From: a virus
Lineage: Duplodnaviria > Caudoviricetes
Strand: one strand, 5' to 3'
Length of the DNA: 35,727 nt
Virus record (IMG/VR): IMGVR_UViG_3300008007_000039
Location: 1 to 35,727 of that record
A program made the position numbers and the translations under genes. This document shows positions 25,036 to 33,201 of the stretch, piece by piece. Positions within the stretch are counted from its first letter, which is position 1; each line of letters opens with the position of its first letter. The notes beneath the pieces were generated by a model that was given only the letters and a program-made list of their open reading frames with translations, was not told the DNA's origin and did not search any database.

Positions 25036-25551
25036 TTAATAGTCCTGTAATAGTTCGTTTAATGTTTCAATTTGTTCACTTGTAAAAACAGAAACCATGT
25101 CAAAATAGATTTGATTGCAAGCTTTATAAATTAATTTTGCTTTGCGTGAATCAGTATCATAACCAAGGTCGCCGCACCAACCTTCAAAGCTATAATCGTG
25201 CGCTTGCATATCAAGTAATAAACAATAAAGAACATCAGCCGCTTGTGGCGCAATTGCCGCCATTTTTTTAGTTGGACTTACACCGCCAATAACGTGGAAA
25301 ACATCGCTATTAAATCCGCCAATAAGATCAAAATACTTTTTGCCTGCGGATTGTACTCTACCAGATACCGTTACACGGTGACCTAAACCGGTATTAAAAT
25401 TAAACGATTTTTTTCCAAAAGAGGCGCGCCACAAGTCGCTAGGCCATTCGTTATCATGCTCGTTATTTGAAGCATAACGCACTGAATAATTTACATTAAT
25501 TAATTTTAAATATTCTGCCAATTTGATTTGTTGCTCGTTAAGTTTAAACAT
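25036..25551 (-). CDS. Hypothetical early protein (starts MFKLNEQQIK)
   Basis: 'FNTGLGHR...DVLYCLLLD...SFEGWCGDLGYDTDSRKA' looks like a conserved phage family; promoter TTGACA-17-TATTGT at 25590-25618. Confidence 0.7.
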   Translation of the reverse strand: MFKLNEQQIKLAEYLKLINVNYSVRYASNNEHDNEWPSDLWRASFGKKSFNFNTGLGHRVTVSGRVQSAGKKYFDLIGGFNSDVFHVIGGVSPTKKMAAIAPQAADVLYCLLLDMQAHDYSFEGWCGDLGYDTDSRKAKLIYKACNQIYFDMVSVFTSEQIETLNELLQDY

Positions 25552-25597
25552 AATCTCACCTCTTAAATTTTGTCTTAATTGACGCCTATACAATAAA
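25526..25597. repeat. 72-bp exact repeat, copy 2
   Basis: Identical to 23478-23549. Confidence 0.9.
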
Positions 25598-25914
25598 GCT
25601 ATTTAAAACCGTTGTCAACTATTTTTTTTCACTCATAAAAAGCCACCATTCAAAGCAAACAATCGCCAGTCGACCAGGAAACAACCAGAAAACAGCCAAC
25701 CAAAAGCCAAGCCCAACGACAAACCAACCTTATGTACACCTACTGCTCATTGGCTGAAATATTGCTTTTCCCCGAAAAAACATTGCTTGCATCTAAATTT
25801 AACATGCTTGCACCTTTTAACTTTTGCCTTTTTCCCAAAATTACAAAGCCTATTACCTACACTTATCAACATCTATAGGTGCTTTTACCCAAAATCCATA
25901 TCAAGCACTTAACC

Positions 25915-26337
25915 CTATTTAAAAGAATCTACCTTTTCCCCAAAATGGCGATGGCATAACCTTGCCATATTGACATACATGTCTTCAGGTGTTGGCTGCC
26001 ATTGATTCCAGTATTTTGTCTCCCATAATCGCCGAACAAAGCTACCACTAATCTTGCAGAACTTCTCCTGATCAACGTCAAAGCCACGCTTCACGCACTC
26101 ATCAAACACAGAATTATGACGATGAAACAGCCACTTTAATTTGTTAAAGAAAAATGACTCGTGCCCTTTTCCGAGAATATAGTTGTCTGCTATTACAACG
26201 CCTGCCAAAGCATTTTCAATACCATACTTTTCGATGCGATCAAGCACCTTATTGAATGGCCTTGTAATCTCTTTATACTCAGCCATAAGATGCTTGTTTG
26301 TTAATGTCTCTACTGGAACACAGTTAATACGTGTCAT
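25915..26337 (-). CDS. denV: Pyrimidine-dimer DNA glycosylase / endonuclease V
   Basis: N-terminal 'MTRIN...L..KHLMAEYKEITR' with catalytic Thr2/Glu, 'LGKGH..FF.NKL..L..R', 'KRGF' as in T4 DenV. Confidence 0.9.
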   Translation of the reverse strand: MTRINCVPVETLTNKHLMAEYKEITRPFNKVLDRIEKYGIENALAGVVIADNYILGKGHESFFFNKLKWLFHRHNSVFDECVKRGFDVDQEKFCKISGSFVRRLWETKYWNQWQPTPEDMYVNMARLCHRHFGEKVDSFK

Positions 26338-26389
26338 AAGCTACGCCACTCCAATTCAATTCAATTCAAGAACAATCATGCCTACTACT

Positions 26390-26854
26390 TTAATAAGCTG
26401 GATTATTTTTTATTATTTCTTTGATAGTTTCTTTATTTTTACGCCAAAATTTGAGTGCTTCTTTTCCATCCATTTCTAGAATCATATTATTGTCAAAACA
26501 CCACCATTCCTCTATTTTATGAAGCTCACATCCAATTTGAAGTAAATCTTTTGTATATGAAATATTGTACTCATCGAAAATAAACAACGTTTTAATATTT
26601 GTTGAATTACCTACGCAATTCCGCAAATAAACATTAGTCAAAATAGCATTAGTCAAACTAGTACGATAAAAATTAGCATTAGTCAAATTAGCATTAGTAA
26701 AATTAGCATTACTTAAATCAGCACCACTTAAATCAGCATTACTAAAATCAACATAACTCAAATCAACACCACTCAAAATAGCACGTTGACCACCATCATT
26801 ATTCACCCATTTTTTGTGAAGATCTAATATCTCATTCAATTCTTTTTGATTCAT
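26390..26854 (-). CDS. Pentapeptide-repeat protein (copy 2)
   Basis: Paralog of 23576..24010, 10 aa (two repeats) longer. Confidence 0.9.
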   Translation of the reverse strand: MNQKELNEILDLHKKWVNNDGGQRAILSGVDLSYVDFSNADLSGADLSNANFTNANLTNANFYRTSLTNAILTNVYLRNCVGNSTNIKTLFIFDEYNISYTKDLLQIGCELHKIEEWWCFDNNMILEMDGKEALKFWRKNKETIKEIIKNNPAY

Positions 26855-27062
26855 AATCTAACCCTTTCAATTCAATTCCAGAACAATCATACATAGGCGA
26901 TCCAATCGCGTCAACTATTTTTGTTTCAGTGCAATTGTTTTTAATGTAGTTTTTTATTGCTTTTTCTTCTCCGTAATAAAAGCAAATAAGAAAAGAAAGA
27001 AAAACAATAACAATAAAAAAAACAACCCCAATTAATACAGCAACTTTTTCAGAAGTATTCAT
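26832..27062 (-). CDS. Single-pass membrane protein
   Basis: GGGGG RBS before MNTSE; hydrophobic N-terminal helix. Confidence 0.55.
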   Translation of the reverse strand: MNTSEKVAVLIGVVFFIVIVFLSFLICFYYGEEKAIKNYIKNNCTETKIVDAIGSPMYDCSGIELKGLDYESKRIE

Positions 27063-27083
27063 ATCGCAATCCCCCATTATCAA

Positions 27084-27410
27084 TTAACACTCAACGCAAG
27101 TATTTGCATTGGTCTTCACCCATTCAATAGCCTCTCCAATAGTCTTTGCGCTACTCAATAAAACATCTTGCTGACCACTTGCAAGCCAAAACTTACCATC
27201 TGGATCTCGATAGCCAGTTTCAACATCTCGAAAGCCGAAGCCAGTCATTCGATCAAGAATCGTTAGACTGCCTAAGTTTGAGTGAAAGTACAGTTGATAG
27301 TTTTCTTCGTTGTTGTACTCAGACTCTGTAAACAGATCGATGGATAGCTCATCATCTGCTTGCACCCCTGTATGAATCCATTGCCCTTTTTCATGCTGAT
27401 ACTTTTCCAT
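27084..27410 (-). CDS. Hypothetical protein
   Basis: Start revised to MEKYQ (GAGGA RBS). Confidence 0.6.
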   Translation of the reverse strand: MEKYQHEKGQWIHTGVQADDELSIDLFTESEYNNEENYQLYFHSNLGSLTILDRMTGFGFRDVETGYRDPDGKFWLASGQQDVLLSSAKTIGEAIEWVKTNANTCVEC

Positions 27411-27411
27411 G

Positions 27412-27564
27412 TCATTCTTCCTCGTCAAGAATTTCAGAATCGTAAACCGATTCAAATTCACAGTTAGCCTCTTCTACTGCTTTACCCTTAGCCTCTTCCG
27501 CTGACTCAGCATCAACCAAAACAATAGCAGAATGTTTTTCTGTTACTTTTACCTTGTACCGCAT
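27412..27564 (-). CDS. Small hypothetical protein (50 aa, DpnD/PcfM-like pattern)
   Basis: MRYKVKVTEKHSAIVLVDAESAEEA...; GGGG RBS. Confidence 0.55.
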   Translation of the reverse strand: MRYKVKVTEKHSAIVLVDAESAEEAKGKAVEEANCEFESVYDSEILDEEE

Positions 27565-27566
27565 AA

Positions 27567-28208
27567 CTATTCCCCCTTACTTACCCTATAGTCTGTTTCT
27601 GAAAAATCAGCGAAGTTTTTACCGACTGTCCCATCTGCTTTTAGAATTGCACCGAAAACCTTCCAACGCAAATCGTACGAAAACCGTGGCGCGCATATTG
27701 ATGTTATCTTTATTTTCTCGCCTTTGTGTTTCCAGCCGACCATATCCACTATGTCGCCAATATTAAATGGGCATGTTTCTAACGCATAAGCGTTTTTAAG
27801 GTTTTCAAGCTTTATAGCAGCTTCTGTTGCTTCTTTTTTTGCCAACTCTATTTGATCTTCTGTAGTCATTACACTCTCAACATCATTTGACACTAAATCC
27901 GCAAACCAATACTCCTCACCAATTTCCACATCCTCGATCTTAGCAGGCATTGGAATCTCGATCCCACCTAAATCAAACATCCTCCCTTTTACCCGATAGC
28001 GATCAACATCCCCTGAAAAGTCATGGCTACCACCATCCCCCAAATCGCCACGAAAACCACGGAATTCAATCTCATACCCATTCGCGATAGCATCACCAAT
28101 ATGCGATAAATCACCATCAACCAATCTCTGTAATCCGCCCACAAGCGTTTCTTTGTGAACTAAACTACTAGCCAATATTGCTTTTACCCGTTCTTCATAA
28201 GTCAACAT
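27567..28208 (-). CDS. Hypothetical protein, possibly a fusion of two genes
   Basis: AGGAG RBS; internal Met 'VMTTEDQIEL' begins a compositionally different half. Confidence 0.55.
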   Translation of the reverse strand: MLTYEERVKAILASSLVHKETLVGGLQRLVDGDLSHIGDAIANGYEIEFRGFRGDLGDGGSHDFSGDVDRYRVKGRMFDLGGIEIPMPAKIEDVEIGEEYWFADLVSNDVESVMTTEDQIELAKKEATEAAIKLENLKNAYALETCPFNIGDIVDMVGWKHKGEKIKITSICAPRFSYDLRWKVFGAILKADGTVGKNFADFSETDYRVSKGE

Positions 28209-28233
28209 GCTTTTCTCCTTTTGCCATCCTAAT

Positions 28234-28542
28234 CTACTTAAATGTCAAACAACCAAAAAACATATCAGCGACATACCCAGCATACTTCTCAACATCCTGC
28301 CTAATCAGAACCGCCGCAGTATAATCACTTTCAACTTCTGATAAGTATTCGAAAAATGAAAAGCTACAATCAACAACTCCATCATCAATAAGCTCAGCTA
28401 TAAGCTCATCAATTTGATCGTACTCCCAGTCAATAATTAAACCCTCTACTCTACCCACCAGCCGTTGATAGCGCGTATCTTCGTCATCCTGCACATCTAT
28501 TTCATGTTGCAAGCTCATTTCTCGCTTGTCTAGTAAACTCAT
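28234..28542 (-). CDS. Acidic hypothetical protein
   Basis: AAGGAG RBS; promoter TTGACA-17-TAGTAT at 28577-28605. Confidence 0.65.
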   Translation of the reverse strand: MSLLDKREMSLQHEIDVQDDEDTRYQRLVGRVEGLIIDWEYDQIDELIAELIDDGVVDCSFSFFEYLSEVESDYTAAVLIRQDVEKYAGYVADMFFGCLTFK

Positions 28543-28791
28543 ATCGACTCCTTACAAGATCGTTTCTAATGTGATAATACTAATGCCTAATCAGTGGCGT
28601 GTCAACACTTTTGTTTGAATTAATCGTCACCCATAATGGCGTGAACTGCTGCGGCTATCAATAGGAATGTTATAGATATTAACAGGGCTATCATTACTTA
28701 CCCATTAAGTTTTCAACCATACCCAGTGCCTCTCGTGCCTGTTCTGTCCATTCTGGCTCGTCTGCTCGGTCACAGAACGTCTCGACATCGT

Positions 28792-28959
28792 TTACCGCTC
28801 GCGCCAATTCTGCTTAGATCGAATCCTGCAAGCCTGCGCTGTGCTTATTTCAAAGTAATAGCTTAGCTCTGCCAGCGTGCATTTATGCTCAAGTCGTCTA
28901 AAACTTCGCAATTTGCCACTGTTCATTTTTGGCTTGCAGAAGCCTCGGTTAGTTTTCAT
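28792..28959 (-). CDS. 55-aa HTH-like peptide (resembles DNA-binding tails of HNH homing endonucleases)
   Basis: 'TLAELSYYFEISTAQACRIRSKQNW' helix-turn-helix pattern. Confidence 0.35.
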   Translation of the reverse strand: MKTNRGFCKPKMNSGKLRSFRRLEHKCTLAELSYYFEISTAQACRIRSKQNWRER

Positions 28960-28966
28960 TTTCTAT

Positions 28967-29842
28967 TTAATCGCTATAAATATCGCAGCTTTCAGAACAC
29001 CCACCAGATTGATCAAGTTCATCAAACATTGAATATTGAAGCTCTGGCATGTAATCGACAAATTCGTTAAATGGTTCTCGACTTGACGCAATTATGTCAC
29101 TCGTTGTTCTGTACTTTCTAAACCACCTTCTAGTCAATTCATTTCCAGCATCGTCATACATTTTTGCGCCGCTAAAGCTATAATCTCGTTCCATTCTTGC
29201 CATAAAATCAAATCTTTCTGGCTCATGCTTTGCAATGGTCATAAGCTTGCGATCTGATTTTTTCCAGCACGTAACGCAATTGCCGTAGTGCTCAGGAACT
29301 TCTAAGTCAAAGTCCTGACCAGCCCACCAGTACCTAATTTGTTCTTTTGTCGTTGGATGCCAGAATACTAGCGGATAAAGTAACTTTTTATCGTTGTAGT
29401 CTGGGTTTATACGGTCTATCTCGTCAACCCTTATGCCGATAGCAAATGGCGGTTTTTCGTTAAACTTCTCCTTTATATATGAATTCATTGAGTTCAACTT
29501 CAATTCCCTGTTGCAGTGCGGGTAGTCCTTGTTAGGTATGCCGTATTTTTTAACTACTTGCTCGAATGGCTCACCATTTCTACTTGCTGTTTCAAATGTA
29601 ACGACCTTGTGAGTTGATCCTTTCCTTTCATTGTGATGCACGACAGCTTCAACCCAAACTAAATTCAACCCCCATCTTTTATCGCAATCGTTGACAAACC
29701 TAAGCGTCCTTTCGTCTTCCAAGCCGGTGTTGGCAAAGATAAAATTTAGTTCATATTCATCTGATTTATTATCGATCAGCCATTTAGCCATGTATGCGCT
29801 TGTTCGGCCGCCGCTGAAACTTACGCTCAAATTAGTTTTCAT
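28967..29842 (-). CDS. PAPS-reductase-family (PP-loop) protein
   Basis: 'VSFSGGRTSAYM', 'FANTGLE..RTLRFV', 'HCNRELK', 'GIRVDE', 'YPL', 'GNCVTCWKK', C-terminal 'CSESC'. Confidence 0.85.
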   Translation of the reverse strand: MKTNLSVSFSGGRTSAYMAKWLIDNKSDEYELNFIFANTGLEDERTLRFVNDCDKRWGLNLVWVEAVVHHNERKGSTHKVVTFETASRNGEPFEQVVKKYGIPNKDYPHCNRELKLNSMNSYIKEKFNEKPPFAIGIRVDEIDRINPDYNDKKLLYPLVFWHPTTKEQIRYWWAGQDFDLEVPEHYGNCVTCWKKSDRKLMTIAKHEPERFDFMARMERDYSFSGAKMYDDAGNELTRRWFRKYRTTSDIIASSREPFNEFVDYMPELQYSMFDELDQSGGCSESCDIYSD

Positions 29843-29938
29843 AATGCAACCCTATAGATTCTTTACTGGTAACTATACTGCAAGACCTTTGATATTCTGC
29901 AACAACTAGCAATCTGGCTAGCGATATTGTTTCAATCA

Positions 29939-30109
29939 TTAGAACTTACCCTTTTTGGTTTCTGCCGCTGGTGGCGTGTAGTTTGTCATTTCTTCGTATT
30001 GACATATAGCCATGTCATGTTTGAGATAATGCGTTTTTGTTTCGCCGTCTCGGTTTTTTGCCACGTCGATTTCAGTCACCGGTTCGACAATTCGGCCCCA
30101 TGTGGTCAT
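29939..30109 (-). CDS. 56-aa ORF carrying the C-terminal motif of a DnaB-type helicase (fragment)
   Basis: MTTWGRIVEPVTEIDVAKNRDGETKTHYL...; ATGA overlap with the upstream gene. Confidence 0.55.
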   Translation of the reverse strand: MTTWGRIVEPVTEIDVAKNRDGETKTHYLKHDMAICQYEEMTNYTPPAAETKKGKF

Positions 30110-30468
30110 TCTTCCACCGCCTCGGCGTTTAGCCTCATTAGCCGCTCATACATTGACCCCATGCCGTACTTTTTGACGATAGCGGAAGCGGCTTCCTCGG
30201 TCAATTCATATTCAATATCATCTATCATTCCACTTTCGTAGTCTCGGTAATAAGTCGCATTAAGATTGTAAATTCCATCTTTCATATCAATGTTTTTAGT
30301 CAGCGCTCTTAAAGCGTCTTCAGCGCCACAGTTAGCGCACTCATCGCCAATAACATCACCAACTTTTGATGTTTTACGCAGTACCCGAAATGTCTTTTCA
30401 GCGTGCAACGTATCTTTGCTAAACCAAGTATTCGAGCTGACCCTCACTTTGCATACAAATTCACTCAT
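30106..30468 (-). CDS. Hypothetical protein
   Basis: AGGAG RBS, overlap with neighbours. Confidence 0.6.
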   Translation of the reverse strand: MSEFVCKVRVSSNTWFSKDTLHAEKTFRVLRKTSKVGDVIGDECANCGAEDALRALTKNIDMKDGIYNLNATYYRDYESGMIDDIEYELTEEAASAIVKKYGMGSMYERLMRLNAEAVEE

Positions 30469-30937
30469 CGCCTTTCTCCTTCATCACTGGACTAATGTCT
30501 ACGCCAGATTTGGTTACCATTGAAATATGCCACTCATAAACCAGATCAACAACCTTTTCATCGTTCGACGTTGGATATGACAGCATGCCTCTGATTTCGT
30601 CTTTTATTGCATCACGCTTTTTTTGTTCAATCTGATCGGCTTTTTTGATTGGGCGGAATTGTTCAGGGTTAACCCTATAGTCATAGCTTTGTTCGTGATG
30701 ATTCCAAAACACAATATGGCAGTCGCCGCCATTTGTGTCATACGTGGTAATGGTTACTCTATGCCAATAGGGTTTTAGTTCGTATTCTTCACCAACCTCC
30801 GGCAGCCACTGGCTTTCAGTCTCGACGACATCAGTGTCGTTAACATCAGGCTCATTATTCGCACACGCATCAAATACGCTTAGCTTATCAACTACTGGCT
30901 TAGCTTCGCTTGTGTAGTACTCGTCTGTTCCTATCAT
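30461..30937 (-). CDS. Hypothetical protein
   Basis: GGAGG RBS; promoter TTGCAT-17-TATAGT at 30968-30996. Confidence 0.6.
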   Translation of the reverse strand: MIGTDEYYTSEAKPVVDKLSVFDACANNEPDVNDTDVVETESQWLPEVGEEYELKPYWHRVTITTYDTNGGDCHIVFWNHHEQSYDYRVNPEQFRPIKKADQIEQKKRDAIKDEIRGMLSYPTSNDEKVVDLVYEWHISMVTKSGVDISPVMKEKGDE

Positions 30938-30997
30938 TTCATTCACCTCCAATTAATTAATAACAACACTATACCTGCAAACAAAACTCAATGCAAC

Positions 30998-31022
30998 AAA
31001 AAAGGCACATAAAAGTGCCTTT
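30998..31022 (-). terminator. Rho-independent terminator after putative terS
   Basis: AAAGGCAC-TTTTAT-GTGCCTTT-TTT. Confidence 0.75.
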
Positions 31023-31040
31023 CAATTTATTGTTTTTATT

Positions 31041-31454
31041 TTAGTTCTTAGTTTGTTCTAGGATCTGAGCAAACAGCTTGGTTGCGGAATCGTCTGCTTT
31101 GATGGTTGTCTCACTTTCAACAACTTCTTTATCATGCCATCCAACATAAGGTCGGTTCTTGATGTTATACTTCAAGGCATTAAAGTTGCTGAATTGATTG
31201 ATGACACCCTCATCGCCACGAGCGTAAGCCTCTGCTAACTCTTCCCAGTAAATAGCAGCTTCAGCCCTAAACTCTTGAACGGCTTGTTCAAATTCAGGCT
31301 CATCCTTGCGCATCCGGTCAAATGTTTTTTGATCGATGTGCAAAACCCGCTTCTGAAGGTAGCGTTGAGTCTTGCCTTTCATGCCGCAAGCAATCATCGC
31401 CTCCTTCCAGCCTTCAGGAAGGTCGCTTATCATTTTCTTTGGAGCACCAGCCAT
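31041..31454 (-). CDS. Putative terminase small subunit
   Basis: N-terminal 'AGAPK', HTH-like 'LHIDQKTFDRMRKDEPEF', 'YWEE', 'FN..KY.IKNR...GW.DK.E' pattern typical of TerS; late-type promoter TGCTATAAT (31484-31492). Confidence 0.65.
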   Translation of the reverse strand: MAGAPKKMISDLPEGWKEAMIACGMKGKTQRYLQKRVLHIDQKTFDRMRKDEPEFEQAVQEFRAEAAIYWEELAEAYARGDEGVINQFSNFNALKYNIKNRPYVGWHDKEVVESETTIKADDSATKLFAQILEQTKN

Positions 31455-31514
31455 GACAGCCTCACTTATAATTTGTTTATGCTATTATAGCATACAAGAT
31501 AACAAGCGATAATC

Positions 31515-31805
31515 CTAGTAAAGGTTCTCCGAATAAAGAACTCCTGCTTTAGATACATTTCTAATTATCTGCCCGTTTTTCTCCGCAATAATCCAAGCTT
31601 CCTCTCTCGTGTGATAGTTTCCAAACTGATCAATGAATCCTTGATCGCTTCGGCGATCATTATGCTTACACTTGCCGTGAGCTTTTATATATTCATTTGC
31701 TTGCTCGCTCATGCGCCTGTCCCAGTGTCTAGCTCCTATTAAAACAGCTTCATAGCCATCGTCAAAAACAACTCGATTTGCGGCGCATACTATTCTTACA
31801 TCCAT
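31515..31805 (-). CDS. Conserved-looking phage hypothetical protein
   Basis: 'RIVCAANR...GARH...QGFIDQFG.Y.TREEAW.IA..NGQI...LYSENLY'. Confidence 0.75.
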   Translation of the reverse strand: MDVRIVCAANRVVFDDGYEAVLIGARHWDRRMSEQANEYIKAHGKCKHNDRRSDQGFIDQFGNYHTREEAWIIAEKNGQIIRNVSKAGVLYSENLY

Positions 31806-31806
31806 G

Positions 31807-32214
31807 CTAATCAGGCTCCTTGAAAGTTACCTTGGCTACTGCATCATTGACAACTTTCTTAGCGCCTTTCACTGTCTCACCAGCATCGAGCTTTACCTTA
31901 ATAAGCTTCTTTGACGCGACCTTCTTTGTCTCAAAGAACTCATCTGGCAACTCATCTTCGTTTTCAATGACAATCACCTCGCGGCCTTTCGGAATCTTGA
32001 TCTCAAAAATATCCTTGTCAACATGCTTGACGCCATCACTCTTCATGTGGCTTGTGATCTCGGCCAACACAAGGTCGATTTGCTCTTGCAGCTTGTCTTG
32101 AGACTCTTTTAGCGAGTCAAGCTCAGTCTTTTTTGCTGCAACATCGAAGTCAACCACATTTTTCTTATTTTGCAATGATGTCAATGCTTGCACTCTTTCT
32201 TCGTAAAAATTCAT
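31807..32214 (-). CDS. Siphovirus Gp157-like protein
   Basis: Coiled-coil N-terminus, 'V.IENEDELPDEF...K.SKK.IK..L.AGE.V.GA'. Confidence 0.7.
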   Translation of the reverse strand: MNFYEERVQALTSLQNKKNVVDFDVAAKKTELDSLKESQDKLQEQIDLVLAEITSHMKSDGVKHVDKDIFEIKIPKGREVIVIENEDELPDEFFETKKVASKKLIKVKLDAGETVKGAKKVVNDAVAKVTFKEPD

Positions 32215-32582
32215 ATTGCCTCTCCTGTTATTGTTTGTGATTTTGTTAATATGCAATCAAGTATCGCATTGCATATGTTTTTGGTTTTGTTTTTTGGCTC
32301 TGACGCCCATGATCCAATTACCCACTCATTAAAGCAATTTTCAAGTCTTACATAGCACTTAGACTCAGAGTTATTGATCTCTATCGTACCGCCAATTGCA
32401 GTAAGAAGCTCCATTGCATGGCCTAAATCGTTGTTCGGGTGAAAGCTAATTGTGTCAAAAGCATTATCATTATTGGTTAGCGATACATAACGATTACCTG
32501 TCATTAGTGATCTTGCTGGGCTTGCCTTTAGCCCGCAAATCTTGCAAGCCTTTAATATTCTCCGCTGAGTATCGATATTCAT
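32211..32582 (-). CDS. Hypothetical protein
   Basis: GGAGG RBS; 'FHP.ND.GHAMELL'. Confidence 0.6.
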   Translation of the reverse strand: MNIDTQRRILKACKICGLKASPARSLMTGNRYVSLTNNDNAFDTISFHPNNDLGHAMELLTAIGGTIEINNSESKCYVRLENCFNEWVIGSWASEPKNKTKNICNAILDCILTKSQTITGEAI

Positions 32583-32607
32583 AGACCCTCCTAATTAATT
32601 TCAAATT

Positions 32608-32678
32608 TGGCACCCCGTGCAGGATTCGAACCTGCATATCCAAAGTGTCTATGTTTTTCAAATTAAAGCTAACTTGGA
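32608..32678 (-). pseudogene. Degenerate tRNA (pseudo-tRNA)
   Basis: Perfect T arm GCAGG-TTCGAAT-CCTGC and encoded CCA, D-arm-like TAGCTTTAATTTGAAAAAC; acceptor pairs only 4/7 and no anticodon arm can be folded. Confidence 0.6.
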
Positions 32679-32685
32679 TTATTTA

Positions 32686-32816
32686 ACGCACACGGCTTGG
32701 GACTGGCTGGGATTCGAACCCGTTAACCAGATATGTGCCTCAAGGAGGCATCATCCCTCTTGAAATTTGATTGGCGTGATTAAAGCCGTAGCTCATAGCG
32801 TCCAATCCCTATGCGT
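32686..32816 (-). ncRNA. Candidate structured RNA with T-loop hairpin and possible pseudoknot
   Basis: Terminal pairing ACGCA/TGCGT, GGG-TTCGAAT-CCC, TGCCTC/GAGGCA hairpin, ACGGCTT/AAGCCGT long-range pair. Confidence 0.4.
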
Positions 32817-32850
32817 GTAAGCAGCCGCTTACGTCCGGCTAGTCGTTTTG

Positions 32851-33201
32851 CTATTTTACATCAACTCGATCATTTGCGGCTTGATCAGAGTACTCGAAAC
32901 CATTATACCGCTTACTAAGCTTTTCAATGTTTGCATTAAGCACCTGTTCACGAGTAATGTCAAGTCCTTGTCGCAATCCTTCAAGATAAAACTCAAGATC
33001 ACCCATTTCTTTGATAACAGAATCCTTGTCAAGCTCTCGATTATAAGCAACATACTTCTTGATTACGTCAACCAGCTCACCTGCTTCACCAGCAACACCT
33101 AAACTCATGTGGATTGCATGAGCTTTTTCTGGTGTAAGTGTAGCTAATATTTCTTCACCAGACTTCGCAAGTTTTGCAACCATATCACCGTAATCAATCA
33201 T
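32851..33201 (-). CDS. MazG-like nucleotide pyrophosphohydrolase
   Basis: 'LGVAGEAGELVDVIKK', 'KEMGDLEFY', 'NIEKLSKRY'. Confidence 0.9.
   Translation of the reverse strand: MIDYGDMVAKLAKSGEEILATLTPEKAHAIHMSLGVAGEAGELVDVIKKYVAYNRELDKDSVIKEMGDLEFYLEGLRQGLDITREQVLNANIEKLSKRYNGFEYSDQAANDRVDVK

Noticed and set aside
23576-26854. DGR template/variable repeat pair in the pentapeptide paralogs
   Set aside because: Differences involve all four bases, both copies are intact genes, and there is no reverse transcriptase in the window.
15485-29975. Chi (GCTGGTGG) enrichment
   Set aside because: Only isolated occurrences noticed, within chance expectation.
32608-32816. Functional tRNA or tmRNA
   Set aside because: No foldable anticodon arm and a mismatched acceptor; the second element is far too short for tmRNA and has no tag ORF.
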